64,000 bases of DNA from Candidatus Nomurabacteria bacterium RIFCSPLOWO2_01_FULL_41_18 (GTDB lineage Bacteria; Patescibacteriota; Minisyncoccia; Phycocordibacterales; UBA9973). A program made the translations under genes and the position numbers. Positions 1 through 9,616 of this stretch are shown piece by piece. Under the pieces are notes generated by a model. The model was not told where the DNA came from. It did no database searches and saw only the letters and a list, made by a program, of their open reading frames with translations. Where the stretch lies: positions 22,128-86,127 of the forward strand of contig MFUZ01000002.1 of assembly GCA_001785865.1 (NCBI GenBank). The letters are read 5' to 3'. Numbering within the stretch: position 1 is the first letter of the stretch; every line of letters starts with the position of its first letter.

Positions 1-704
1 TCGCAAACTTCGTGCCGTATATTTCTTCCAAATTCGACAACTTCATCAGCAATGACATCATGCGCCCAGTGGTGCTCCAACAAAATTCCGTTTTCAATTT
101 CAGAAAGATAATGGATGAGAAGAAAATTCTTTTAGTAAACCTCTCAAAAGGTCGCTTGGGCGATATCAACGCAAATCTGATCGGACTAGTCCTGGTCGGC
201 AAGATCCAAATGGCGGCGCTTTCGCGAGTAGATATGTTTGGAAAACCCATGAATGATTTTTATCTATACATAGACGAGTTTCAAAATGTTACAACAGATT
301 CTATTGCATCTATTTTATCTGAAGCTAGAAAATACCGGCTTTCTTTGAATATTGCCCATCAATACATCACCCAGCTAGAAGAAAAAATAAAAAATGCAGT
401 TTTCGGCAATGTCGGCTCGATGGCAGTGTTTCGTGTCGGCACCGAAGACGCGACATTTCTAGAACCGAAATTCAAGCCGACATTTACTTCTCAAGATATT
501 ACCAAACTGGATAATTACAATGCGTACATGAATATGCTGGTAAATGGCCAGCCCGTCAAACCCTTCAACCTCAAAACAGTCGCGCCGGAAAAAGGTAATC
601 CAGACATCGTGGATTCTCTCAAAGAACTTTCCTATATCAAATATGGGCGAGAAAGAGAGGAAGTAGAAGCCGAAATCATGGGAAGGTATAAGTCGATGGA
701 GTAG
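1..704 (+). CDS. TraG/VirD4/TraD-family type IV secretion coupling ATPase-like protein, C-terminal fragment (gene begins upstream of window)
   Basis: The ORF runs off the 5' edge of the window. The stretch 'FYLYIDEFQNV...RKYRLSLNIAHQYITQLEE...VFGNVGSMAVFRVG' fits the Walker-B/DEF and C-terminal motifs of TraG-D_C coupling proteins. Confidence 0.5.
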   Translation, partial: ANFVPYISSKFDNFISNDIMRPVVLQQNSVFNFRKIMDEKKILLVNLSKGRLGDINANLIGLVLVGKIQMAALSRVDMFGKPMNDFYLYIDEFQNVTTDSIASILSEARKYRLSLNIAHQYITQLEEKIKNAVFGNVGSMAVFRVGTEDATFLEPKFKPTFTSQDITKLDNYNAYMNMLVNGQPVKPFNLKTVAPEKGNPDIVDSLKELSYIKYGREREEVEAEIMGRYKSME

Positions 705-706
705 AT

Positions 707-1279
707 ATGGAAGAAATAGAGGTAAAATTTTTAGACGTAAATAAAGAAGAAATTGAAAAAAAGTTAAAAAAACTTGGGGCGACTTTTGTCGGAGTTTTTG
801 ACTACAGATTAAAACCGTATGATTTTCCTGACTTATTTTTGTCAAAAGATAGGAATGCCTGGATTAGATTAAGAGATGAAGGGGATAGAGTGACTTTAGC
901 GTATAAGGAGCGTCTTGGGGTGGGTGAAAACCCTCTCAAAGATAAAGGAATGAAAGAAATTGAAGTAGAAGTTTCAGATTTTGATAAAACATCAAAAATT
1001 CTTGAAGCCGTAGGTTTTGTTGCTAAAGTTTACGAAGAAAGGCGACGCACCAGATATGTTTTGGATGGCGTAGAGTGCGATATAGATGAGTGGCCACTCA
1101 TTCCTCCTTACATAGAATTTGAAGGAAATTCGATCGAAGAATTGAAAGAAATATCCACTAAACTTGGTTTTTCTTGGGATAATCACGCAGTCGCTTCAGC
1201 TTATCAAGTTCTCCAGCATTATTCTGTTGACCCCCATCTTTATTCCGTTTTTACTTTTGAGAAACAGATCAAAAAATAA
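707..1279 (+). CDS. CYTH-domain protein (CyaB/ThTPase-like triphosphate tunnel metalloenzyme)
   Basis: The N-terminus carries the ExExK signature 'EIEVKF', and the length and charged beta-barrel pattern are typical of CYTH. Confidence 0.65.
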   Translation: MEEIEVKFLDVNKEEIEKKLKKLGATFVGVFDYRLKPYDFPDLFLSKDRNAWIRLRDEGDRVTLAYKERLGVGENPLKDKGMKEIEVEVSDFDKTSKILEAVGFVAKVYEERRRTRYVLDGVECDIDEWPLIPPYIEFEGNSIEELKEISTKLGFSWDNHAVASAYQVLQHYSVDPHLYSVFTFEKQIKK

Positions 1280-1317
1280 ATTTTGCAATTTATTTTTTTT
1301 CTGATAAGATAAAGTTT

Positions 1318-1905
1318 ATGAAAAAACATCCAAAAGAAGAGGTTACATATGTCATGTTAAAGCCAGATGGAGTTCGCAAGGGACTCATCGGGGAAGTTAT
1401 AAAGCGTTTTGAACAGCGTGATTTGAAGATTGTGGCGCTTGAAATGTTTCAACCCGATTTTGACAAAGTGAATGATCATTATCCCAAAAATGAAGAGTGG
1501 ATAACTAGACTTGGTAACAAAACTCTCACCACTTATGAAAAATATGGCTATGATGCAATGAAAGATTTTGGAACTACTGATCCTGTCAAAATTGGTCCGA
1601 ATATACGCAAATGGCTTATAAATTACATGACGTCTGCGCCTCTCGTTAAGATGATAGTTAAAGGCGTGCACGCTGTAGATGTAGTTCGCAAAGTGGCGGG
1701 AGACACCATGCCCTATAAAGCTGATATGGGCACGATTCGTGGAGATTTCTCTATAGATAGCCCTGCGCTCGCTAATATGGAAAAAAGGGCTGTTATGAAT
1801 ATAGTTCACTGTTCTGAAACTCCAGAGGAAGCAGAACATGAGATAAAACACTGGTTTGGAAAAAGTAAAACTCATGACTATAAGAGGTTTGGAGTGGATG
1901 AATAA
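1318..1905 (+). CDS. ndk: nucleoside diphosphate kinase (long form with about 40-aa internal insertion)
   Basis: 'VMLKPDGVRKGLIGEVIKRFEQRDLKIVALEM' and the 'NIVHCSE' catalytic His block match Ndk. An extra segment lies between the HY and YM blocks. Confidence 0.8.
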   Translation: MKKHPKEEVTYVMLKPDGVRKGLIGEVIKRFEQRDLKIVALEMFQPDFDKVNDHYPKNEEWITRLGNKTLTTYEKYGYDAMKDFGTTDPVKIGPNIRKWLINYMTSAPLVKMIVKGVHAVDVVRKVAGDTMPYKADMGTIRGDFSIDSPALANMEKRAVMNIVHCSETPEEAEHEIKHWFGKSKTHDYKRFGVDE

Positions 1906-1908
1906 TCT

Positions 1909-2460
1909 ATGTATGAAGTTGAGGTAAAAGCACATCTCAAAGACAGGAAATCTGTTATAAAAAAACTAGAAAGTTTGGGTTGTAGATTCTCTAAAGAATT
2001 GCACCAAGTTGACCACATTTTTGCTCCCGAAGGAAATCCTTTTCCTTTACCATTTGAAATTCCAATCCTGCGAGTGCGTAAATCTAATAATAAATATTTC
2101 TTTACTTTAAAAATCTCTCAATCTAGTCGACAAGATTGTATTGAAAGAGAAATGGAAATTGTAGAAGGGGAGAAAATGATTGAAATATTGAAATTAATAA
2201 AATATAAAGAATTCGCTGTAGTGGATAAAAAAAGAATTAAAACCAATTTCAAGGATATGGAAATTGTCCTGGATGATGTGAAAGATTTGGGAGAGTTTAT
2301 AGAAGCTGAGAAAATTGTTACACATGAACATCATGAATATAGAAAAAAGATTCAAGAAGAACTGTTTGAGTTTCTTGAGACATTAGGTGTGACCAAAGAG
2401 AACAGAGTTATTGATGGCAAATACGACATTATGCTTTATAACAAACTAAATGAGAGATGA
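1909..2460 (+). CDS. CYTH-domain protein (second copy)
   Basis: N-terminal 'YEVEVKAHL' is the ExExK motif. Size and the LRVRK/FTLK/IEAE pattern are consistent with CYTH. Confidence 0.55.
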   Translation: MYEVEVKAHLKDRKSVIKKLESLGCRFSKELHQVDHIFAPEGNPFPLPFEIPILRVRKSNNKYFFTLKISQSSRQDCIEREMEIVEGEKMIEILKLIKYKEFAVVDKKRIKTNFKDMEIVLDDVKDLGEFIEAEKIVTHEHHEYRKKIQEELFEFLETLGVTKENRVIDGKYDIMLYNKLNER

Positions 2461-2463
2461 TTT

Positions 2464-3063
2464 ATGATAAAAGTTGTTATTTTTGATGCAGATGGAGTGT
2501 TGGTTCATGGTGAAAGAAGATTCAGTAAGACTCTTTCGGAAAAGCATGGAATTTCTTTAGAAACAACACTGCCATTCTTTACTGGACCTTTTCAAGAATG
2601 CTTGGTTGGAAATTTAGATTTAAAAAAAATTATTTTGCCATATTTAAATACTTGGGGTTGGGATAAAGGAGTAGATGTTCTTTTAGACTATTGGTTTTCA
2701 CTTGAAAGTAAAACGGATAAAGAGATAATTAAATATATTAAAGAATTAAGGCAAAAAGGAATAGTATGTTTGCTGGCTACCAATAATGAAAAATATCGTT
2801 TCCAGTATATGATGGATAAAATGGGATTGGTAAATGTATTTGATAAAACATATTCTTCAGCTCACTTGGGTCACAAAAAACCAGAGCAAGCTTTTTTCTT
2901 AAAAATATACAAAGAATTGAGTAATATAAAAAAAGAAGAAATACTTTTTGTTGATGATAGTGTAGAAAACATAGAAGGAGCCAAAAAATTTGGTATTAGG
3001 GTAGAACTTTTTGAATCTATAAAAGATTTAAAGAAAAAACTTTCATTTTTAAACAAAAAATAA
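2464..3063 (+). CDS. HAD-superfamily hydrolase (subfamily IA-like)
   Basis: DxDGV motif 'FDADGVL', a conserved Lys 'HKKPE', and 'VDDS' as motif IV. Confidence 0.75.
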   Translation: MIKVVIFDADGVLVHGERRFSKTLSEKHGISLETTLPFFTGPFQECLVGNLDLKKIILPYLNTWGWDKGVDVLLDYWFSLESKTDKEIIKYIKELRQKGIVCLLATNNEKYRFQYMMDKMGLVNVFDKTYSSAHLGHKKPEQAFFLKIYKELSNIKKEEILFVDDSVENIEGAKKFGIRVELFESIKDLKKKLSFLNKK

Positions 3064-3309
3064 TCAAACTTCATTCAGAAACAAAAAAAAGTGTCTGTCC
3101 AGATTGATTTCTCCAATGAAAAAGTATACAGTTTAAGTAGGGTTATTTCCGGTTATTACCTAGACAATAAATTATGGGAGAGTCGATTGTGTTTAGCCTT
3201 GGCTTCTCGCATCTCTCACCCACTTAGCTAAAAGCTATGGTAATATATCTGAAATAGTCCTAAGAAGTAACCCTCGTACGCGGGGTTTTTTCTTATCAAA
3301 AAGATAATT

Positions 3310-3723
3310 TTGCGGTACAATACCGGTATGGACAGAAAAAAGCTCATAAAACGCCTGATATATCTCATCTTTTTGATTCTTATAGCCAATTTTCTCGGTA
3401 ATACATTCTATTGGCATGTTTCTATATGGTATTACGACATGATCATGCATTTCTTGGGAGGGTTCTGGGTAGGGCTCGTGTCTTTTTATTTTTTTACTTT
3501 CCAGGGTATTTCGTCCAAGCTTATTTTAAGGATCTTATCGCTTGTGCTGATAATCGGGATCGGATGGGAACTGTTTGAGATATTGGTCAATGATGCGTTC
3601 GCCAGGAATTCTTTCAATTCTTTAGATACTCTTTCTGATATCTTTTTTGATCTTGCCGGTGGGTCATTGTCTATTTTGTATTTTCTAAAACGAATTATGT
3701 TTAGCGGAGAAAATAAAGTATAA
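3310..3723 (+). CDS. hypothetical membrane protein
   Basis: A 137-aa ORF with 3-4 predicted hydrophobic helices. No recognisable motif. Confidence 0.4.
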   Translation: MRYNTGMDRKKLIKRLIYLIFLILIANFLGNTFYWHVSIWYYDMIMHFLGGFWVGLVSFYFFTFQGISSKLILRILSLVLIIGIGWELFEILVNDAFARNSFNSLDTLSDIFFDLAGGSLSILYFLKRIMFSGENKV

Positions 3724-3731
3724 TTATCCCA

Positions 3732-5096
3732 ATGGAAAAAACTGCAAAAATTACATTCTGCGGGGGGACTGGCTCTGTGACAGGAGCTAATTTTCTTTTA
3801 GAGGTGGACGGAAAAAAGATCCTGATAGACTGCGGACTCACCCAGGGAATGAATCTGGCTGACAATATCAACTGGGATCCTTTCCCATACGAATCGAAGG
3901 AGATTGATATTCTCTTTATCACCCATGCGCACGTGGATCATTTGGGGCGCGTTCCGAAACTTCTTCACGAAGGATTCCGGGGAAAAATCTATTCCACGAA
4001 GCCCACCAAGTCTCTCGCACTGCCGATGCTCCTCGATACCACCGGCATTCTCTGTAAAAATACAGATCTCGGCCTGGATAAAATTTACACCGAGGAGAAT
4101 GTGAAATTAGCGCTTTCGCTTTGGGAAGGCTTCGATTATCACCAGAAGCTCACGATCACTCCCGATTTGGAAGTTTCCTTTTTGAACGCCGGCCATATCT
4201 TAGGTTCGGCAATGATCAAATTTGTATATAACGGCAAGTCTATCCTCTTTACCGGGGACCTGGGAAATTCTCCGTCAATGATCCTGCCGGACACGGAAAA
4301 GATAACCGGCATAGATTATTTGATCATGGAGTCTGTGTACGGCGACAGGAATCATGAATCGAAAGATGATCGCCGGAAGTTTCTGGAGGCAACCATTGAG
4401 GACAACTATAAAAGGAAGGGGACTCTAGTCATACCCGTTTTCTCCCTCGAACGCTCGCAGGAGCTTCTCTTTGAACTGAATAATTTGGTGGAAAACAAGC
4501 GAGTGCCTGTCATGCCTATTTTTCTAGATTCACCGCTTGCCATTCGTTTGACAGAAGTTTTCAAGCAATATAAAAGTTATTTGAATGAAAATGCACAACA
4601 CGCCATGAAGAGTGACAAATACTTGTTTGATTTTCCCGGATTGCACAATACTCTAAAATCGGAGGAATCCAAAATGATCAATGATGTGCCAAATCCCAAG
4701 ATAGTCATCGCTGGCAGCGGAATGTCTACTGGCGGGCGTATAGTGCACCATGAAAGGCATTACTTGCCGGACCCCAACAACACCCTTCTCTTGACCGGAT
4801 ATCAGGTGGTAGGTAGCCCGGGGCGGCTCATCCAAGAGGGACTCAAGACGGTGCGCATAACAGGAGAAGACGTGATCATTCGTGCTCATATTGTGACTAT
4901 TCTCGGATATTCCGGGCATAAGGATTCAGATGGATTGTTATCTTTTGTCGAGGACACGCAAGAAACAGTAAAAAAAGTTTTTGTAGTGATGGGCGAACCG
5001 AAATCGGCGATGTTCCTAGTCCAGAAACTTCGAGACAATTTAGGGATAGATGCTTCGGCGCCGGAATTGGGGCAGAGTATAGTCTTGCCCTGTTAA
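3732..5096 (+). CDS. MBL-fold metallo-hydrolase, beta-CASP RNA-metabolising family (RNase J/CPSF-like)
   Basis: 'ILIDCG', the 'HAHVDH' zinc motif, and a C-terminal beta-CASP/RNA-specificity region of about 450 aa. Confidence 0.7.
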   Translation: MEKTAKITFCGGTGSVTGANFLLEVDGKKILIDCGLTQGMNLADNINWDPFPYESKEIDILFITHAHVDHLGRVPKLLHEGFRGKIYSTKPTKSLALPMLLDTTGILCKNTDLGLDKIYTEENVKLALSLWEGFDYHQKLTITPDLEVSFLNAGHILGSAMIKFVYNGKSILFTGDLGNSPSMILPDTEKITGIDYLIMESVYGDRNHESKDDRRKFLEATIEDNYKRKGTLVIPVFSLERSQELLFELNNLVENKRVPVMPIFLDSPLAIRLTEVFKQYKSYLNENAQHAMKSDKYLFDFPGLHNTLKSEESKMINDVPNPKIVIAGSGMSTGGRIVHHERHYLPDPNNTLLLTGYQVVGSPGRLIQEGLKTVRITGEDVIIRAHIVTILGYSGHKDSDGLLSFVEDTQETVKKVFVVMGEPKSAMFLVQKLRDNLGIDASAPELGQSIVLPC

Positions 5097-5123
5097 ATAA
5101 TTTTTTTATGTTAAAATAAGAAT

Positions 5124-5744
5124 ATGGATTCTTGGTTAAAAAATAGACATGGACATAATCAAATAAAAATATGCGTCTCCGGGGCGGCAGAAACCGGTCA
5201 TTGCGGGATAAATGCTCTAGACAAGGCTAAAGAACTTGGGCGAGAAATCGCTCGCGCGGGGATGGTACTAGTGACCGGAGCCACGACCGGATTTCCGCTT
5301 TGGGTGGCAATGGGACTGAAGGAAGTGGGAGGCATTTCCATTGGAATATCTCCAGCCGCGTCCGAAAAAGAACACGTGGAAGTATATAAATTGCCGATAG
5401 ATTATATGGATCTCATCATGTATACCGGGTTCGGTTATGCCGGGCGTGACCTACTCCTCACCCGCTCTGCAGACGCGGTCATCTGTGGTTGCGGGCGTAT
5501 CGGCACTATTCATGAGTTCACTATTGCATTCGAGGACAACAAACCTCTCGGTATTTATAAAGGGCCTTGGGAAATGGGAGCAGAACTTGAGGAAATAATA
5601 CGGAAGGGCCACCGTCCAAATGCTAAAATTGTCACTGGCGAGGACCCAAAGAAACTTTTAGCAGATATTCTGGCTTTAGTCAAAGCGGATAAAATAACCG
5701 AATACAGAATTGTTCCGACTGGAGTGGCCACTACTACTGTTTAG
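5124..5744 (+). CDS. TIGR00725/LOG-like Rossmann-fold nucleotide-binding protein
   Basis: The 'LVTGATTGF...MGLKEVGG' and 'ICGCGRIGTIHEF' blocks resemble the LOG/SLOG family. Confidence 0.5.
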   Translation: MDSWLKNRHGHNQIKICVSGAAETGHCGINALDKAKELGREIARAGMVLVTGATTGFPLWVAMGLKEVGGISIGISPAASEKEHVEVYKLPIDYMDLIMYTGFGYAGRDLLLTRSADAVICGCGRIGTIHEFTIAFEDNKPLGIYKGPWEMGAELEEIIRKGHRPNAKIVTGEDPKKLLADILALVKADKITEYRIVPTGVATTTV

Positions 5745-5755
5745 AAAAACCTTTT

Positions 5756-6100
5756 TTATTTAACTGCCTCCAAAACTTTGGCGAAAGTTTTTGGATGATG
5801 CTCAGCAAAATCTGCTAGGATTTTGCGATCAAGTAATATTTTTTTCTTATTTAAGCCATCAATTAGTTTAGAATAAGTTGTGCCGAGTTCACGCGCGCCT
5901 GCGTTTATTTTTATATTCCAAAGTGTTCTATTATGCGACTTTTTGTCCTTTCGGTGTGCGAAAGAATAATTTCCGGAATGCAAAAGAGCATCCTTTGCTT
6001 GGCGTTCTTTCGTGCTTCGTCCGTGACGAAAACCTTTGGTTTGTTTCAGAACACTTCTTCTCCTCTTTAATGCATGTACTCCCTTTTTTACTCTGGTCAT
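5756..6100 (-). CDS. rplT: 50S ribosomal protein L20
   Basis: 'MTRVKKGVHALKRRR...RTLWNIKINAGARELGTTYSKLIDGL...DRKILADFA' matches L20 throughout. Confidence 0.9.
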   Translation of the reverse strand: MTRVKKGVHALKRRRSVLKQTKGFRHGRSTKERQAKDALLHSGNYSFAHRKDKKSHNRTLWNIKINAGARELGTTYSKLIDGLNKKKILLDRKILADFAEHHPKTFAKVLEAVK

Positions 6101-6113
6101 AAAGTTAAATTCT

Positions 6114-6165
6114 ACCTCACCCCTTCGCCCCTCTCCTTGTTAAGGAGAGGGGTTGGGGAGAGGTT
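6114..6165. repeat. family-1 nested palindromic repeat (ACCTCACCCC...CCCCTCTCCTTgttaAGGAGAGGGG...GGGGAGAGGT) between rpmI and rplT
   Basis: A perfect 11-bp stem-loop sits inside an outer inverted repeat. The same architecture recurs at 12 or more other loci. Confidence 0.8.
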
Positions 6166-6363
6166 CTATGTGAATGGTAATAAATGGCTCTTCGGCTTGT
6201 TTTTAATAATAAAATTTTTGCCTTTCTTGCCGGCAAGTTGTTTCGTGCGGGATTGTTTTGCATTGAAATGATTAAAACCTGGTTTACGTGAAAGTATCTT
6301 TCCACTTTTTGTGATTTTTAATCTCTTACTATATGATTTGTTTGTTTTCATACCTTTTCCCAT
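6166..6363 (-). CDS. rpmI: 50S ribosomal protein L35
   Basis: 65 aa, 'MGKGMKTNKSYSKRLKITKSGKILSRKPGFNHF', which is L35-like, in the infC-rpmI-rplT arrangement. Confidence 0.85.
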   Translation of the reverse strand: MGKGMKTNKSYSKRLKITKSGKILSRKPGFNHFNAKQSRTKQLAGKKGKNFIIKNKPKSHLLPFT

Positions 6364-6367
6364 ATAA

Positions 6368-6952
6368 TTACTTCTTTTCTATTGTGGTAATCAAACCTTT
6401 CGGACCTTTCTTATACGCATCGGATATCTTGTAATCTTCGGTGATTAAGTGAAGCACTCTATCCAAACGTTCTTTTAAAAATTTCTCATCCATATATTTC
6501 GCGCGTCCAGCAAGGAAAAGTTCCACTTTGACTCGATGACCTTCCTTGATCCATTTGGAAGCGGTTTTCGCTTTCAATTCCAAATCATGATCTCCCGTTC
6601 CTATCTTGATCTGAATTCCTTTGGTCTCTGTCTTGTTTGCGCCTGCTTTGGCTTTCTTCAATTTCTTACTTGCCTCATACTGATATTTTCCAAAATCCAT
6701 CAGCTTTGCCAAGGGCGGGTTGGCATTTGGGCCTATCTCTATCAAATCTAAACCCTTTCCTTGCGCGAGCTCCAGAGCGTCTTTTATACTTAAAACACCG
6801 AGATTTTTATTTTCACTGTCTAAAACCCGAAGTTCCGTCGCTCGTATTTGGTTGTTTATTCTTTCACGCAATTGATATAAATAGTGCTCACTAAGTCTTT
6901 TGATATCTTTGACTAATAAGAATATAGCGTATTGGGGGCTGAAAGTCAACAC
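6368..6952 (-). CDS. infC: translation initiation factor IF-3
   Basis: 'INNQIRATELRVLDSENKNLGVLSIKDALELAQGKGLDLIEIGPNANPPLAKLMDFGKYQYE' is the IF3 N and C domains. The true start may be non-ATG and internal. Confidence 0.85.
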   Translation of the reverse strand: MLTFSPQYAIFLLVKDIKRLSEHYLYQLRERINNQIRATELRVLDSENKNLGVLSIKDALELAQGKGLDLIEIGPNANPPLAKLMDFGKYQYEASKKLKKAKAGANKTETKGIQIKIGTGDHDLELKAKTASKWIKEGHRVKVELFLAGRAKYMDEKFLKERLDRVLHLITEDYKISDAYKKGPKGLITTIEKK

Positions 6953-6980
6953 ATTGAAATGATATTAAATTAAGCCTATA

Positions 6981-9566
6981 ATGAATAGAATGAAAGAAAT
7001 ATGGAGTCGAAAATTAGACTCATTTAAGGAAGAAATAAAAAAAGTCTCTAGTGCTACGGGGCAATCCTTTGATCTTTCTGAAGATCAGAGAAATAAAACA
7101 CTTAAAGAGTTTAAAAAAACTGATAGAGCAAGGCTTCGAGCGTTTATTTCTATAATAAATAAATTAGACGAAAAAGAAGAGAGTGGCACATCTAACGATG
7201 GTGAAAAGGTAGAAGCAAAATTTTCTAAAGAACTTAAGGTGCTTCGTATTTTGGATTCTGTCGATCTTTTCATAAAACAGTATGAAAAAGGAGAACATTC
7301 TACACTTGAACCAAGGCAAGTGGAGTCATTAGTAAAAATTGCTGCCTTTCTTCGTTCTGGTAAAAGGAGAGGTTATGTGGAATTACCTACAGGTTTGGGT
7401 AAGACTGTCATTTTTGCTGAGCTTATAGAAGCTTTAAAAGATGTGCCTGATATGAAGATTCTTGTTGTTGGAAGTGGAAATATTAATGCAATACAGAATG
7501 TCCAAAAAGTAGAGCGATTTAGTGGGGGAGAAGTTGGACAATATTTTGCTGACAAAAAAGAATTACATGCCAAGGTAACAGTTTGTAACTATAATGGTCT
7601 AAGAAATGCCATTAGTAATGGCAGTTTTAAAAGTGGTGATTTTGATTTGGTTTTATTGGATGAAGTTCACGATGGTTTGGGTAAAATTACTCAAGAATCT
7701 ATTAATAAAACTTTCAAAAAAGAAACAATTATAGGATTTTCTGCTACGGCTACTTATGAATTATTGAAAGGTAGAACTGCATCAGATTTTTTACCTATTG
7801 AAATAGATAAGATGGGGGTTGTAGAGGCAGTCAAGGGGAATTTACTTTCAGCATTTAATGTTGAAATTATAAAAGTTCCGATTGTTTTAGGGGGTATACG
7901 TGTGAGGCACGGTGATTATTTACCCGGTGAATTGGAAAAAAATATCAATACTAAAGAAAGGAATGATTTAATAGTAGATAGTTATATAAGTTTTTATAGA
8001 AGAGAAGGGAGTAAAACTATTGCTTTTTGTACGGGTAGACAACACACCAGAGATCTTGCTAGCGTTTTTGAAGCCAAAGGGATAAAATCAGGAGTTCTTA
8101 CAGGCGAACTTGATATTGATGAGAGGGAGGCTGTTTTACAGAAATGGAAAAATGGAGAAATAGAAGTATTGTGTGGTTCTAAACTTTCATGGCAATCTCT
8201 TGATGAAACAGAGGCAACAATAGGTCTCAACGTAAAACCCAGTCTCTCAGAAAAGGATGTAATACAAAGAGGTGGTCGATTACTTCGTCGTTCGCAAGTG
8301 AGAAATAATAAAAGAGCAACTATTGTAGAGTTTTTAGATGAATGGCGAGAAAATAATAATCGCCCCGTATTTTATTCTGAAGTATTAGAAACTGCGGAAG
8401 CTCAACCAGATAAATGGACAAGTGATGTTTCGGGAACAGGGCTCAGTGAAGCGACACCTGTGCTTCCAGAGATAATTGAGACAGCAAGTGTTTCACCAGT
8501 GGTTGAAATACCTGTAGAAATTAAATCTAGTGCTATTAATACGACTCAAGAAAAGGAAATAACAGACTCTGGAGTTGTGCGTTATTTTGATACAAACCAA
8601 GTTATGGAGATTAGTAACAGAAATCGTAAATTTAGAAACGAGGGGTATTTTGAATATGCACCAAAAGAATGGATGAGTGCCAATATAATTGCTGTTGAAG
8701 TAGGTGCGACCACAAAGGAAGTCGATACTATAATATTTAATGTTGCGAAAGAGATTTCTAGAAATAAATTTGAAAAGAGCTCAGGGGTATATCTTAGTTC
8801 TTTAGGAATAAAAAGGATTTTTTATGGACCAGAAATTCTCGATAAGGTTTATATTCATTTAATTGGTTCAACGAGAATTGAAAAAATTAAAAGTGGAACA
8901 TTGGAAATTGCTAGAAGTTTTGATGAATTAGAAAAAGAATCATTAGAAAAAGACCACGAAACGCAATATGAAAGACAGATAGACTTAGAATATAGAGATT
9001 ACGATTTACTTCCCAGTTTCACTTTGGAAGGAGATAGTTTGGAAGATGAAGAAGAAGGGGTGAACATCGGAGATATTTCTGAATTACATCCTGAGGGGGA
9101 ACAAATAGAAGGGAAACTTAGTGATTTAATTGGTTATCGTTATTCTATTCAAGGAGGTAAAATGGGTAATTATAGAAGTAGTCTTAAGAAACCCAAAATA
9201 GAGAGGATGTTAAAACAAACCGAAAGATATGGACTACATCCTGTTCGTGGTTTAAGAAAGAACAATTTAGATTTTAGAAGTGAAATAGAGGAACAAGAAA
9301 TGGAGAAAATAATGATGGATATAATTTCTTCTCCAGATATTTTAACTGATCGAGAAAGAACAGTAGTATCAATGCTATATTTAAATAATGAGGATGAAAA
9401 AAATACACAAGACATTGTCGGCGAGCATTTTGGAGTTACCGGTTCGTTGATTGGTGGAATACGTCGTAGAGCACTCAGAAAAATAAGAGAAGCTATTGAT
9501 ATATATGAGCGTACAGGTAAAATTGCTCCCGATTATGCTGAAGCTATTAGGAAACCCACTATTTAA
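6981..9566 (+). CDS. SF2 DEAD/DEAH-family helicase (res-subunit-like) fused to C-terminal sigma-70 region-4-like HTH
   Basis: Motif I 'PTGLGKT', motif II 'LLDEVHD', motif III 'FSATAT' and motif VI 'QRGGRLLRR' are present. The C-terminus 'LTDRERTVVSMLYL...QDIVGEHFGVTGSLIGGIRRRALRKIRE' resembles sigma-70 region 4 / LuxR HTH. Confidence 0.7.
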   Translation: MNRMKEIWSRKLDSFKEEIKKVSSATGQSFDLSEDQRNKTLKEFKKTDRARLRAFISIINKLDEKEESGTSNDGEKVEAKFSKELKVLRILDSVDLFIKQYEKGEHSTLEPRQVESLVKIAAFLRSGKRRGYVELPTGLGKTVIFAELIEALKDVPDMKILVVGSGNINAIQNVQKVERFSGGEVGQYFADKKELHAKVTVCNYNGLRNAISNGSFKSGDFDLVLLDEVHDGLGKITQESINKTFKKETIIGFSATATYELLKGRTASDFLPIEIDKMGVVEAVKGNLLSAFNVEIIKVPIVLGGIRVRHGDYLPGELEKNINTKERNDLIVDSYISFYRREGSKTIAFCTGRQHTRDLASVFEAKGIKSGVLTGELDIDEREAVLQKWKNGEIEVLCGSKLSWQSLDETEATIGLNVKPSLSEKDVIQRGGRLLRRSQVRNNKRATIVEFLDEWRENNNRPVFYSEVLETAEAQPDKWTSDVSGTGLSEATPVLPEIIETASVSPVVEIPVEIKSSAINTTQEKEITDSGVVRYFDTNQVMEISNRNRKFRNEGYFEYAPKEWMSANIIAVEVGATTKEVDTIIFNVAKEISRNKFEKSSGVYLSSLGIKRIFYGPEILDKVYIHLIGSTRIEKIKSGTLEIARSFDELEKESLEKDHETQYERQIDLEYRDYDLLPSFTLEGDSLEDEEEGVNIGDISELHPEGEQIEGKLSDLIGYRYSIQGGKMGNYRSSLKKPKIERMLKQTERYGLHPVRGLRKNNLDFRSEIEEQEMEKIMMDIISSPDILTDRERTVVSMLYLNNEDEKNTQDIVGEHFGVTGSLIGGIRRRALRKIREAIDIYERTGKIAPDYAEAIRKPTI

Positions 9567-9616
9567 TATTCTTAGTTTCAACAAATATAATAGATGCTTT
9601 ATGTTAATATAAAGTT

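Noticed and set aside
3064-3309. 246-nt intergenic region ending in CGCGGGGTTTTTT, considered as a possible small ncRNA (6S, SRP or RNase P)
   Set aside because: I could not recognise conserved SRP, RNase P or 6S sequence blocks. The terminal hairpin is weak. The minus-strand ORF 3235..3450 is unsupported. Left unannotated.
6074-6305. Short ORFs (6074..6271 +, 6117..6305 -) encoding 'PLSLTRRG'-like peptides
   Set aside because: They read through the family-1 repeat in the rpmI-rplT spacer and overlap rpmI. They are artefacts of the open GA/CT-rich repeat frame.
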